From assembly GCF_009914755.1 (NCBI RefSeq), contig NC_060943.1: 64,000 nucleotides of DNA; one strand, written 5' to 3'. The DNA is from the human T2T-CHM13v2.0 reference genome, Homo sapiens. Positions 45,168 to 59,590 of the stretch are shown here, piece after piece; the stretch's first letter is position 1; each line of letters begins with the position of its first letter. The translations under genes were made by a program, and so were the position numbers. Under the pieces are notes generated by a model. The model saw only the letters and a list, made by a program, of their open reading frames with translations. It was not told where the DNA came from and did not search any database.

Positions 45168-46389
45168 CTGGGAAAGAACAGAGGAGCAGGGAGGGGTGAG
45201 TGGGCGCATCCACCACCCGCCCTCTTGGATCCCACAGCAGCCCACCGTGAGCAGCTCCTTTGCTTGTGCCTCTCAGAACCTCAGGTCCTCCTCTCTAAGG
45301 CTCCCTCCCCACAGTGGGCGGCTGAGGAGACCCAGAGAGCTAAGGCGCTCGGTTTATGCCATGCTCCCCAGCTCTCCTCAGTGGCGGCACTGCACTAAGT
45401 AGTTTGTTTTATTTAAATAACTCACAACCACCCCAGGAGGTAGTGATACTATCATGCCCATTTGACAGATGTGAAAACAGAAGCACAGTGCCGTTACATT
45501 GGAGTCAGGGCCAGGATCGGGCTAGGACTCCTAACCCAGAGCTCTGCTGTTTCCTCCCGCCCACCTCCGGGCTGGTTCAGCCCCCACTGTGGCAAGTCCA
45601 GCTGTGGGCACCTCTTTCTGGAGGTCCTGGTAGCAGACACCATTGACTCAGTTCTGGCTGGGCCTGGGGCTCAGAGACACTTGACCCCAAACCGGCTCGT
45701 GATGTCCCCATGTCCCAGGGAGGGGCTGGTGTGGACCAACCGCAGTCACCAGCTGATAAGAGGCAGGGCCGGCTGGGCAGACTCAGACATGGGCTCAAGC
45801 AAAACCTAGGCCAGTACAGCCTGGGCCATCAGGGGAGCGGCCCCTCCTCCTGCTGTCCCACTGGCTCCTGCGCTACAGTCAGGGCCACCTGTGGCCTCTG
45901 GCTTCAGGATCTAGACACCACTTGTCATTTTACCCCAAAGTGGACACCACTAAGTCAACCATGCAGCAACTGAGACTCAGTGGCTCGTGACTATGATTAT
46001 TACTGGTTAATTTCAATGACTAGCTCTTGTTTGTTGGCTCCTTGAGAACACGGTAGGAAAACAGGGGCTGTGAGGGTCTCCCTAAAGCCTCCTCTGGCAG
46101 GGCACAGGCGGTCAATCCTGTTGGCCACTGTCTCCTCCAGGAACTAGCCCTCCATCCTACTCCATGGGATCAGGGTCTCTCCTGAACCCAACACAGAAAG
46201 CCACCCCTGACTGCCAGTTTTCTCAGGGACATGCAGCAGCCCCAGCCCGGCTTCATGGCCCTGGACAGGGGTCCTCCCTAGCCATGGGCTCCTTCCTGAC
46301 AGGAAACCCAACCTGGAACACCCCACCACCGCCGCTCCCCTGCACAGCGGCCTGGGGCCTGTGCCCCGGCCCCTGGGGCGGACACGTGC

Positions 46390-46641
46390 CTTCCTCATTC
46401 TCCCGGTCCTGCTTGCTGCTCTCAGCCAGCCTCCTCGCTCTCTCCTCCTCCTCCTGCTGCTTCTGCTGGATCCTCAGGTACAGGGCCCTCTGGGCTGAGG
46501 GCAGGAAGTCAGGGACACCGGCGCCTGGCTTCGGCCGGCCTGGGGGCCCTCCCTCAGAGAAGCTGTCGGGCTCCAGAGGGTGCTCAGGGAAGAGGTGCTC
46601 CCCAGGCTCCCCTGGCAGCTCTTCGTAGTGCCCGTAGTCCT
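46390..46641 (-). CDS. ZC3H4: ZC3H4 penultimate exon (EDYGHYEELP...FLPSAQRALYLRIQQKQQ...DRENEE)
   Basis: cacag|AGGAC; 252 nt; frame to the last exon is kept only with a GC donor AAG|gcacgt. Confidence 0.9.
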
Positions 46642-49075
46642 CTGTGGCAGGGAAGAACCGAGGGTTCATGTCGGGAAGGGCCTCCAGGTGCCAACTCCAG
46701 CCCCCCTGCCCCTCACTGCAAACCCACACCGATGGCGATGGAGAAGGACGCACAGCCTGCCCCTGCCTGCCCTCCCCAGGTCTCAGGGGAACAGAGCGGC
46801 CCATGGGTAGCCCCGCCTACATGAAGAATGAGGTTCACAGAGAGGGTTGAGTGATGCGGGCAAACGCTTATGAGGTGGAAACAGGATGGAACATTGGATG
46901 TACGTTTGTAAGACGCAAGGAGAAAGCTTTGAAAAGACACACAGAAACAGTCCCTCTGGAACACAGATTCTGGAGAGGCCAGGGATTTCTGTACTCTTTC
47001 CTGTACTTTTAAATTATTTTGGATGGACAGGAGTTGCACGGTTTCTTTCTAACAATCAGTAAGGAAACACCATGCATCTCATAGTGAACTCGACCATGTT
47101 CAACACTAAAAGCCAGGAAAAGAGAATGAAACGGGTCAAGTGCTGCTCTGGCCACAGGTCAACAGCAGTTCCAGAGTGCCTCCCTGCCCACTCCACAGCA
47201 TTAGGGGGTGTCTCAGGAAGCACGGGGCCTCCACCTCCTGCAGCGTGGGCACTGGCACCAGCCACCTCACCCCACACACTCCCCCAGTGCCTGAGCCAAG
47301 AGCTGTGGGCAGCAGCACAGGCTGACGTGGGGACGCAGCAGGCGTAGAGGGGAGGGCAGGCTCGGCGACGCCTCCTGCATGTTGCGTGTGTGACACATGT
47401 GAGCATGGGAGACATCGAATCACCGAAACGGAGGGGGGGGCGTCTGGAGTCAGTGCTGCCCCACAGAACGCTCTGCAGTGATGGAAATGTTCTAGATCTG
47501 CAGGGCAACATGTGGCCGCCTAGATCCTCCTGGGGCAGCTGAGCATTTAAAACGTGGTGTCTAGAAAGGTGCACTTGTAACTTAGCTTACATTAATTTCA
47601 ACTTCGTCAAGTGAACCTGATGGGCCAGCCTGCTCTATGACACATCCCAGCGCAGAGCTGGGACCCACTCCATGAACCAGACAGCCGAGGGTCCCCCTTC
47701 ACACACAGTCTGTGCACACACCAGAAACCAATGACCATACATGTTAGAGGGAGGATTTTATGAAATGGGATTATTCTAGAGACACCTACTGCTACCAACG
47801 TGACGGACTTCTGGTGCCCCGCCAGCAGAGCTTTTCCCGTGCACCTTTTAGACGCATTTGTTGAAGGGGGAGGAGCTGAGAACCCCAGCACCTACTGTGG
47901 CAGCCTGTTTTTCTCGTCTTTCTTTCTAAAGCACCCACTCTCACCCAAGTACCTGCTCTCCCAGGTCCATGCACCACCTAAAGCCAAAGCCCACGTTCAC
48001 ATTTTGATCTCTAGCCTGGGCCTCTCCCAATGCCCCTTAAACCACCCCCTCAAAATTTCCACATGGCCGTCGGAGGGGCAGGCACCCTAGAGTGACTATG
48101 CCGCACGTCCAGCGCCCCATCCTCAATGCCGCTCCTGCCCACCTTGCAAAACAAACACGGGGCTCCCACTGCCCCACGGCACCGTGTCCAAACCTCGAAG
48201 CCCTGCCTTGCACTCCAGTGGCCGCCCTGCTGCCTCTGCCCAGGGACAGCCCCCAGCAGCTGCCACAGCAGCTCCCCCAGTTCAACACAGCGCCCCCACC
48301 CGCTGCCCTCGGAGGTCCCATCATTCCTCACGTTGTGAGTGCCGCTTCACTTCTCAAAGAGACTTTTGTGACTATCCCCACTGAGGCACTGAGCCTTCTG
48401 GCCCACCGCCACGGTTCCCCACCTTTTCTTCTAAGAATGGCCAATGCTGAAAGGAGCCAACTCCTCTATCTACACGCTTGCCACCTGCTTGTTTCCACCA
48501 AGATGCAACTGAGCGAGGACAGTGGTGGCCTCTCGTGCCTGGCCCTCCTCCAGAGGGCTGCACACCACATCTCCTATGGCTGCAGCAGCGTCATCTAAAC
48601 CCCTCTGCTCACTGGACATTTGTTACCAATGCAAAAGGAAAAAAAGGCAGGAAAACGGCCGGTAATGGGCACAGAACCCGCAGAGTCCTGGGGTGGACAC
48701 TGGTTGCTCCAAGCCGAGAACTGCCCGGAAAGAGATGGTTTTGGCCAGGCCACTAACTGAGTCCTGATGGGCCCACCAGCCTCTCAGCCTCACACCCTTG
48801 CACACTCGTCCCTCTAACTTCCCATGCTTCCGATTCCAGGCACAGCTTGCAAAATTAAAAAGAAATAACCTATATTGGTAATACACAGAATACTCCTTTC
48901 TTCTTCAACAGAATACATCCTATGTCACTGAAAACATTCAACCATTAAATGGGACAGAGATGGAGTCATGCTTTCAAAGAGACTTGGACGAAGGAAGAAA
49001 AATCACATCTCCCCAACTCTGCTCCACTGGGTAAAGCCTGCAGCCCCAGGCAGCCACACCTGGAGTCCCGCATAC

Positions 49076-49419
49076 CTGCATCCCCCAGGAGTCCGGGCTC
49101 CATCTCCATGCCCTCCTGCTGCTGGTAGAAGTTTTCATAGAAGTTCTGGGCTGGCGGGATAGGGGGCATCATTCCAGAATGTGGGGAGTCTCCAGGGCCG
49201 TAGGGCATCATTGGAGGGCCGCCAGGGCCCATGGGTGGGCCAGGATTCATGCCAGGGCCCATCGGCATGTCTGCGTGCATGTCTGCGTGCATGTCAGGGT
49301 GCATGTCCGGGTGCATGTCGGGGTGCATGTCAGGATGCATTGGACCGCCCATTGGCCCTGGGGGTCCCATGTTGGGCCCAGGGCCCATTGGCCCTGGGGG
49401 TCCACCGGGTCCAGGGAAC
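49076..49419 (-). CDS. ZC3H4: ZC3H4 exon (FPGPGGPPGPM...MHPD repeats...PGLLGDA)
   Basis: ttctag|GTTCC...GCAG|gtatgc; 344 nt. Confidence 0.94.
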
Positions 49420-49649
49420 CTAGAAGAGGGAAAAGGTGCCTGTGACGGAAGCTGCCGAGGAGGGCAGTGGCCACACCCCAGAGGAGAGGCGGAGGGCTGC
49501 AGAGCCGAAGGTCATGGGCCCCAGACCAGGACTCCCACAGCTGGGGAGAGAGGCAGGACTCTCCCACAGCCAGGCTTGCCCTAACAAGAGGAGCCTGGCT
49601 GGGCCCAGGACAGCGCCCACTGCCTGTCACGGGGGTCCAGGGCACTCAC

Positions 49650-50011
49650 CTCACACCCAGCTTCTCAGCCAGCTGTCCCGTGGGCCGCACCACGATCTCA
49701 AACAAGGAGGGGATCTTCTTGTTGTACATGTCCTGCTGCTGCAGCTGCTGCGGGGACAGTGGCTCATGCACCGGCATGGGCATCTGAGGGGGCCCGGGCG
49801 GTGGGGGAGGGGGAGGGGGCGGGGGCGGGGGGCCACCCTGCATGGGCCTGCCGTTGGGAGAGGTTGGAGCCTGCGGGCCAGGGGGCCGAGGAGGGGTGGG
49901 CAGGAGGCCCACACCAGGGGGCGGTTTGGGCAGGGGGTTGATGCCCTGCTTCTTCAGTTCCTCCACCTCCTTCTCATCCTCGGCACCTGCTTCTGCATCA
50001 TCGGCCAACAT
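49650..50011 (-). CDS. ZC3H4: ZC3H4 exon (MLADDAEAG...poly-Pro...KIPSLFEIVVRPTGQLAEKLGV)
   Basis: ccgcag|ATGTTG...GTGAG|gtgagt; 362 nt. Confidence 0.95.
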
Positions 50012-51773
50012 CTGCGGGTGTGAAAGAACAAAAGAAGGTGTGGACGGGGTCAGGATGGAAACGGACCTCTCCAGGTCTGAGAGCTGAAGTTTATGAGGAA
50101 AAGTCCATAATACAAGGACCTTGAGATCTAAAGGCATAAAGACCACAATGGCTCTGTAACAAAAATCATCATCAGCCACCTCTCTGCTCCACTCTCGGGG
50201 ACCAGCTGGTAGAGGGGGGGCCATTCCTGCTCTATGGCAAAATACACATAACAAAGCATACTGTTTAACCATTTAAAGTGAACGATTCAGCTGGGCGCAG
50301 GGACTCACATCTGTAATCCCAGCACTTTGGGAGGCCGAGGTGGGTGGATCACTTGAGGCCAGGAGTTCAAGACCAGTCTGGCCAACATGGCAAAACCCCA
50401 TCTCTACTAAAAATACAAAAATTAGCCAGGCATGGTAGTGCACGCCTGTAGTCTCAGCTACTCGGGAGGCTGAAGCAGGAGAATCACTTGAACATGGGAG
50501 GCAGAAGCTGCAGTGAGCCAAGATCGCACCACTGCACCCCAGCATGGACAACAGAGGAGACTCTGTCTCAAAAATAAATAAATAATGCCAGACGTGGTGG
50601 CTCATGCTTGTAATCCCAGCACTTTGGCAGGCTGAGGTGGGCAGATCACCTGAGGTCAGGAGTTTGAGGCCAGCCTGGCCAACATGGTGAAACCCCATCT
50701 CTACTAAAAATACAAAAAAAATAGCCGGGCATGGTGGTGGGCACCTGTAATCCCAGCTACTCAGGAGGCTGAGGCAGAAGAATCGCTTGAACCTGGGAGG
50801 CGGAGGTTCCAGTGAGCCGAGATCACACTACTGCACTCCAGCCTGAGCGACAGAGCCAGACTCCATCTCAAAAAACAAAAACAAAACAAAGTGAACGATG
50901 CAGTGGCATTTGGCACATTAACAATGTTATGTAACCGCCACCTCTATATAGTTCCAGCACATTTTCATCACCCCCAAAAGAGACCCTGTACACACTAAGC
51001 AATCGCTCCCCACCCTCTACCCCCAGCCCCCGGCAGCCACTCTGCTTTCCGTCTCTGCGGACCTGCCCCTGCTGGACAGCTCCTGCGAACAGACTCATGC
51101 GCTGTGTGCGATGGGCGCTTTCACTTAGCAAAGTGCATCTATCTACAACACTGCTACATCTATCAGTATGTCACTCTGTTTTTTATGGCTGAATCATATT
51201 CCCCTGTCATGTTTGGATTTTAAGGGCCTCTGATCTCAACTCCTGACCATGACCCTTAGGGCCTAAGAGCAGGGGTGGGTGTCTGGGTGTCTGGGTATCT
51301 GGGGAGGACTGGGTAGCTTCCTGGCAGCTTCATTTCCTCCCACGATCCCGACTCCTCCACCCCAACCACCCAGCCTCGTTTCAGTGCAATGAGCAGCCAA
51401 GCTCTCCCCTACAGGGCCAGGACCAGCTTCCCCCAGGTTTTTATTTTTCCTGTTATTCCCATGTGGCTCAACGTCACTCAACTGTTGAGGTCCCTCATTA
51501 GATGTCAATTCATAGTGTCTGTCCAGTCTCCTGTATTCACTACTGGGTCACCAGGAGTTCTCTGCCAACACTGCCTATGCCTTGTCGGATTATTCAGTCA
51601 TTCCCATGTTCATCCTGGCTCAACCTCCCCATCAACTCCAAGAGGGCAGGACTGTTTCTTCCCTGCTATATCCCCAGGGCCCCCACGAGACCTGATACAG
51701 GGCAGACGCCCAGTGAGTGAATGAGAAATGTCAAAATCTCAACTGGACTAGAATGTCTCATCAGTTAGGATAG

Positions 51774-52262
51774 CGTGCAGAAAAGTGACACAGGAGGCCT
51801 GGCTGCTCTCCTTGGAAGGCCTGCTTGCAAGGCTAGGCCTCGGCTGGTGTCTGGGAAGCTGCATTTTGGGAGGGCTCCCAGCATTCACTGTCCAGTAAGA
51901 GGGGCTCACTGCATCTAAACTGTTTCTGCAACCAATGCAGTTTGTGCTGAATGCCTGCTTTGCCCCCCAAATCTGGAATTTTGGTCCATGCTGGGCAGAG
52001 GCTGCCTAGGTGAGCAGCCTAGTGAAAACCCTGGGCGCTGAGCAAGTCTCCTCGCAGACAGCATGCCACTCGTGCTGTCACAACTGGAGGAGGGCAGCGT
52101 GGCCCCTGCGAGTCCACAGGAAGAGGATGCGCCTGCTTCCTCCAGGCGCCCTCATGTACTCATTCCCAGGGCTGAGTTTGCCTGTGTCCCTTCACCGCAG
52201 TTAACATCTTGGCCGTGAGTCCCCCAGCAAGTTGCTCTGGGTCATCTTGGGGACCCCAGCAC
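51774..52262 (+). mobile_element. MER68-like solo LTR
   Basis: GTGCAGAAAAG...GGCCTGCTTGCAAGG...TCTGGAATTTTGG...AAAACCCTGGGC matches remembered consensus. Confidence 0.6.
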
Positions 52263-53598
52263 AGATCCCTTAGTTGGTCCTAACACAGGGTCATCAAGAT
52301 AAACTAGTCCTGCCCCTCTGCCCAGGAACAGCAAGGCGGACAGAAACAGGACCCCCTGGTGGGGGTTGTGCATTCGCAGTTTTCCCTTCTCCTAGCCATT
52401 AGCAATGGTATCTGGACCCTGGAACCCCAGGGTCCAATAAGAATGTGGCTTCATGGAGGAGGTGTGGAAAACGACGCGGTGGAACCCCTCTGTCCTTCTG
52501 AACCCTGATATTCCAGGGGTGGTCAGCGTGTGAACCAGCAGCACAGGGGGACCCGTGGAGGCAGAACCCGCATTCTGCCCTTTGAGCGTGGGCACCACCA
52601 CCTGAGATGAGCCTTGCTGGGAGGGCCCAGAGCCTTGCGCCAGCTGCTTTCAACACTGCCACGGGCTCACTTCCTCCTGGCCCAAGGGCCCTTCCTCAAC
52701 TGTGTGTGGGGCCATGGCTTGCGCTGCAGCTGCCACCCTGCATCTCCCTCCTCCTCCTCCTCTTCAGTCCCCACTGCCGCACATCCTGGGGCCGCCAGTG
52801 TCACCTCCTCACAAAGCCTCTTGAATGTCTGCCTCCTGAATAGAGCCCAGCTAGAGTCCTGGGCTCCCACACTTATTCTTCACGGCCTGATCCCCACGTG
52901 TGTGTGCGCACACACACATACACACACACACTCACACTCCCCATGTGTCATCAGCATCCGCCCAAGGACCTAACCCTGCCTCCTCAGCACCCCCAGTGCC
53001 TGGCACAAACAAGGCACAGAGATTTATTGAGTGAACGACTAAGCAAGGAACACAAACCAATGCATTCCCTGGAATCCAGAGGCTGGGTCCAGTGCAGAGG
53101 AGAAAGGAGCTCAGGCCCTGAATGGTTGACTCCACCATGGAGTCAACTGCGGAGTCAACCCAAACTGCCCATCGGTCCTGCCAGCACAGACCCTGTGGAG
53201 GGCACCTCTGTCCCTGGCCCCTCCACCAGCAAAGACACCAGCTGAGACAACTAGCACCCCGCTAGGTGCCAAAACCTCTCTAGCCAGGACAGACTATCAG
53301 TGATCACAGTTTCCAACAGTCAGTCACCTTCTGCAAGCAATAAGTAACACTTGTAGAGGTGCAGAGGCATGTGGGCTGAGCCCCATTAGGCCATGTGAAT
53401 AAGCTCCAGGCCACTGGTCACCAACGCTGTTGCCTCGAACTGGAAACAACTCAAATGTCCTTCAACGGATGACTGGATAAACAAACACAGATCATCCGCT
53501 CAGTGGGACACTACACAGCAACAAATGGTAATGAACTGTTACTTGCAACAACGGGTGAACCTCAAAGGCTTCATGCCAAGTGCAAGAAGCCAGACTCA

Positions 53599-53648
53599 AC
53601 ACATGCACGCGTGCGCGCGCGTGCACACACACACACACACACTCACAC
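53599..53648. repeat. Alternating purine-pyrimidine (CG/CA)n tract
   Basis: acacatgcacgcgtgcgcgcgcgtgcacacacacacacacacac. Confidence 0.85.
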
Positions 53649-54182
53649 TCTAAAAGCCTGTTTACCCCATAATTCTATTTATATGATTTGCTTGAAAAAG
53701 CAAAACCAAAAGACAGACCCTGATCCACGGTTGCCAGGCACTGGAGATGTGGGGTGGCATTTACTATAAAGGACACAGCAGAGTTTCTGGGGTGATGGAA
53801 TGGGTTTCCTAGATCCATCTTGTGGGGTGGTGACATGACTCAATGTGTTTGTCAAAACTCATAGAACCAGGCCAAGCGCAGTGGCTCACGCCTGTAATCC
53901 CAGCACTTTGGGAGGACGAGGTAGGTGGATTACGAGGTCAGGAGTTCAAGACCAGCCTGACCAAGATGGTGAAACCTTATCTCTACTAAAAATACAAAAA
54001 TATTAGCTGGCCGGGCGCAGTGGCTCACACCTGTAATCCCAGCACTTTGGAAGGCAGAGCCGAGCAGATCACGAGGTCAGGAGTTCGAGACCAGCCTGAT
54101 CAACATGGTGAAACCCTGTCTCTACTAAATATATAAAAATTAGCCGGGCGTGGTGGCACACACCTGTAATCCCAGCTACTCA

Positions 54183-54302
<120 letters not shown>

Positions 54303-54657
54303 TCAAAAAAACATTAGCTGGATGTGGTGGCGGGCCTCTGTAATCCCAGCTACTCAAGAGGCAGAGAACTGCTTGAACCTGGGAGGCGGAGGTTGCAGTG
54401 AGCCAACACTGCACTACTGCACTCCAGCCTGGACGACAGAGCGAGATTCCGTCTTGGAAAAAAAAAACAACTCACAGAACTATATATCAGGTGCGGTGGT
54501 TCATGCCTGTAATCCCAGCACTTTGGGAGGCCTGCGGGTGGATCACCTGAGGTCAGGTGTTCGAGACCAGCCTGGCTAACATGGTGAAACCCTGTCTCTA
54601 CTAAAAATACAAAAATTAGCCAGGCGTGTGTCAGGCACCTGTAATCCCATCTATTCA

Positions 54658-54762
<105 letters not shown>

Positions 54763-55042
54763 TTAAAAAAAAAAAAAAACTGGTACCAAAGAGGACACAC
54801 AAAAACATAGATAAAATGCTAAGAACTGCTTAAAGCACTCAGATAAATTTAGAAGGTATGGATTCTCAGCTAGGCATGGTGGCTCACGCCCGTTATCCCA
54901 GCACTGTGGGAGGCCAAGGCGGGCGTGGATCACCTGAGGTTGGGAGTTCGAGACCAGCCTGACAAACGTGGAGAAACCCCGTCCCTACTAAAAACACAAA
55001 AAATGAGCCGGGCGTGATGGCACATGCCTGTAATCTCAGCTA

Positions 55043-55189
<147 letters not shown>

Positions 55190-56045
55190 TCAGGAAAAAG
55201 GTCTGTGTGCATACTCCAAAGCAGAAATCTACAACCCTCTAAGTTTTGCAAACATCAAGTTTTGCTTTCAGAAAATATTGTTCTCTACAGAATTTACTTT
55301 TAACGGACTCAAGTACCATTATACTTAATCTCTGTTGGCTTCACAGGTGCCCACTTCCATGAAGCCAAGGGAGATCAAATATAATCCCAATGCCACTTAA
55401 AAAATTTTTTTTCCAGCCGTTGAAACTACATACAAAAAGCCCCCCTAAACTATCTCTATTTTTTTCATTATTTTTTATTATTTCCTAAAATTATGTTTGG
55501 CGCTAAATGAGATATATTGTTAAAATTAATTTCACGAGGTAGGTGGCTTATTTCAGGTCAGGAGTTTGAAACCAGCCTGGCCAACATGATAAAACCTCAT
55601 CTCTACTAAAAATACAAAAATTAGCCAGGCACGGACGGGCATGGTGGCTCACACCTGTAATCCCGGCACTTTGGGAGGCCAAGGCAGGAGAATCGCTTGA
55701 ACCCAGGAGGCGGAGGTTGCAGTGAGCCGAGACCACGCCCACTGCACTCCAGCCTGGCAACAGAGCGAGACTCCGTTTCAAAAAAAAAAAAAAATTAGCC
55801 AGGCGCATTGGTGCACACCTGTAACCCCAGCACTTTGGGAGGCCGGGGCGGGTGGATCACCTGTCGAGGTGGGTGGATCAGGAATTCGAGACCAGCCTGG
55901 CCAACATGGTGAAACCCTGTCTCTACTAAGAATACAAAACTAATCACGAATTTGAGACCAGCCTGGCCAACAGGGTGAAACCCTGTCTCTACTAAAAATA
56001 CAAAACTCAGCTGGGCATGGTGGCTGGCACCTGTAATCCCAGCTA

Positions 56046-56691
<646 letters not shown>

Positions 56692-56781
56692 TAATGTGGC
56701 TACTGGAAAATTTTAAATGAATGATGTGATTCTGTGGTGCTCCTGTGGGCAGCACTGGCCTGAAGCACAAACCTGGAGCCT

Positions 56782-56795
56782 CCAGCAGGGGGCAG
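56782..56795 (+). promoter_or_regulatory. Candidate CTCF site
   Basis: CCAGCAGGGGGCAG matches the CTCF core CCASYAGRKGGCRS. Confidence 0.5.
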
Positions 56796-56974
56796 TCCTC
56801 AGTCAGAGATCAGTGAGTCCTCCCAAGGAGCCGTGAGGCCTGACTGGCCACTGCTTCCCCTGTCAAACAGCTCAGACCCTAGGTATGTACTGATTACATA
56901 ACCCTGGGGCATGCCAGGCGCTGTGGCTCACACTTGTAATCCCAGCGATTTGGGAGGCCAAGGTGGGCGGATCA

Positions 56975-57244
<270 letters not shown>

Positions 57245-57743
57245 CTACAGGCGCCCTGCCAACGAGGAATGGACATTCTCCTACGTCTGCTTGCATGGGG
57301 CTTCCCCTGCACCCCTCACAGGGGTGCCCCTGCCACCAGTTAACAAGACAGTCACTGACAGATGGACTCTGGAAGCCGGCAGATGTGCTGATGCCTTGAT
57401 CCTTTCCACTGTCAAAAAAAATAGCCAATCTCCTAGAACCTCCTTGTGAACTAGAAGGCAGGAAAGCTTCATTTGAAAGGGCACCAGTTCCCGTACCCAC
57501 TCACTCCCCAGATGAATCAGGAAACTCAGGACTGATGTTTGGGTATTTAACCCTAACCCAAGGTCCTCAGCCTGACTCCTCAGGGAGGACAACTGATGCC
57601 AGGATGAGTTTCAAATGTCACCTGGCTAGTGGGGAAGCCCTGACACCTCCCCCAAGGGAGCCTTCCCCTTTAGAGACCCCCAACTTCCCTCTATTTTCTC
57701 TAATGCATAATGGGGGCCCTGAGAGTTGCAAAGAAACGTTTGA

Positions 57744-58055
<312 letters not shown>

Positions 58056-58807
58056 TAGCTGGGACTACACGCATGTGCCACCACAACTAGCTAATTTTTA
58101 TATTTTTAGTAGCAATGAGGTTTTGCCATGTTGGCCAGGCAGGTCTTGAGAACCTGGCCTCAGGTGATCTGCCCGCCTCAGACTCCCACAGTGCTGAGAT
58201 TACAAGCGTGAGCCACCACACTCGGTTAAGTTTTTTGTATTTTTTTTTTAAGAGACGGGGTTTTGCCATGTTGCCCTAAGTACAACTGATCTGCCTGCCT
58301 TGGCCTCCCAAAGTGCTGGGATTACAGGCATAAACCACTGCACCCAGCCCAGCCAATTTTTTTAAATTTATTTTTAGTAGAAACAACGTCTTGCTACATG
58401 CCTAGGCTGGTCTTGAACTCCTGAGCTCAACTGATCCTCCTGCCTCGGCCTCCCAAAGTGCTGGGGTTACAGGTGATTCGTGTATCTTTGTGTATTGTGA
58501 GCTCTCTCTAAATGACACCTAAGAGATCACGATTCATGCTTGGAGGCCCATCAGGCAGCATTCCTTTCATTTGGTCATGCCCCAGGGGAAACAGCAAAAG
58601 CTTGTCCTGGCCTAAGACAACACATGTGACCACCTCAACTCCTTGCAGAAGAGGACACAGTGCCCGTGTCCTCCTTAGAATGGCCCAATTCCAGATCAAC
58701 CAAACTGGGCACTGCAGAGGCTGGACAGGCAGGCCATAGCACTGAGGCAATGGAGTGCGCATGTCCCAGTTCCTGTAGCCGGGGGCCCCGTTACCCCCGG
58801 ACATTAC

Positions 58808-58917
58808 CTTATCCAAGAGCTCCCTCGTCTCTTCGGTCAGAGGGTCGTGGGAAAACATGCAGTCGTCACCATTGATGCAGTTCCCAGTGGTGTGGTACAG
58901 CTTACACGGGAAATCAC
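58808..58917 (-). CDS. ZC3H4: ZC3H4 exon, CCCH finger 3 ([27 protein letters not shown]...LLDK)
   Basis: AC| acceptor of a U12 intron; AAG|gtaatg donor; 110 nt. Confidence 0.94.
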
Positions 58918-59478
58918 GTTCATGGCAAATTAAGGTAAATGCTTCATCTCACAGAACGCCCCCCTCCCCCACCACAGACCCAAGGCAGAATCCAGCTCCC
59001 TTTGTTTTGGAGATAAGAAATCTGAGCCCAGAGAGGTGAGGCGATGTGCTAAGGGCTGCTCAGTGGGTTGGCAGGAAATCCACGGAGAGACCCCGGCACT
59101 CCAGACTGCAGGGCACTTCCAGCCCCACTACACTGGCTGGGGGCTGCGTCCTCAGATGGTCAACCAGACTAGGGAAGTTAAATGACTCACCCAAGGTATA
59201 AAACCACCTGGAAGAATCTCAGCCAATGGTATGGGCCAGTCTTGAGAGCCTATGTAAACAGAACATGCTCCATGTGCGTCTCAGTTTACTCCCTGGAAGG
59301 ATGGGAAAGACAGACCCCTCTGAGGGCGGACGTGAGTGTTAAATGAGATGGAGACTCACAGAAAGCTCTTGGCACAGAGAGAAAGCACAGAGAAGGAAGA
59401 TTGGCTGTTACTACCACCATCAAGGAGCAGAGAAGTTCTGCGCCCTCATTCAGACCAGATGCTGGCACTAAAGGATAT
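58918..59478 (-). other. ZC3H4: U12-type (minor spliceosome) AT-AC intron of ZC3H4, 561 nt
   Basis: 5'ss G|ATATCCTTT; branch site TACCTTAAT (58929-58937) ~13 nt from 3'ss; 3'ss GAAC|; restores PYMH-G-DFPCK frame. Confidence 0.93.
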
Positions 59479-59590
59479 CGTGCATATAAGGGCAGTTCTC
59501 AGCTCTGGCGCAAAATCCAGTGATGTAAAACTTGCACAGTTCTCGCTTCTTTGGCAGTTCGATGTCATGGCTAAAATTACAGTGGTCTCC
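59479..59590 (-). CDS. ZC3H4: ZC3H4 exon, end of finger 1 and finger 2 (GDHCNFSHD...[21 protein letters not shown])
   Basis: ttctag|GGAGAC; C-x7-C-x5-C-x3-H; 112 nt. Confidence 0.95.

Noticed and set aside
43710-45199. + strand ORFs up to 261 aa opposite the ZC3H4 last exon
   Set aside because: GC-rich antisense shadows of a real CDS
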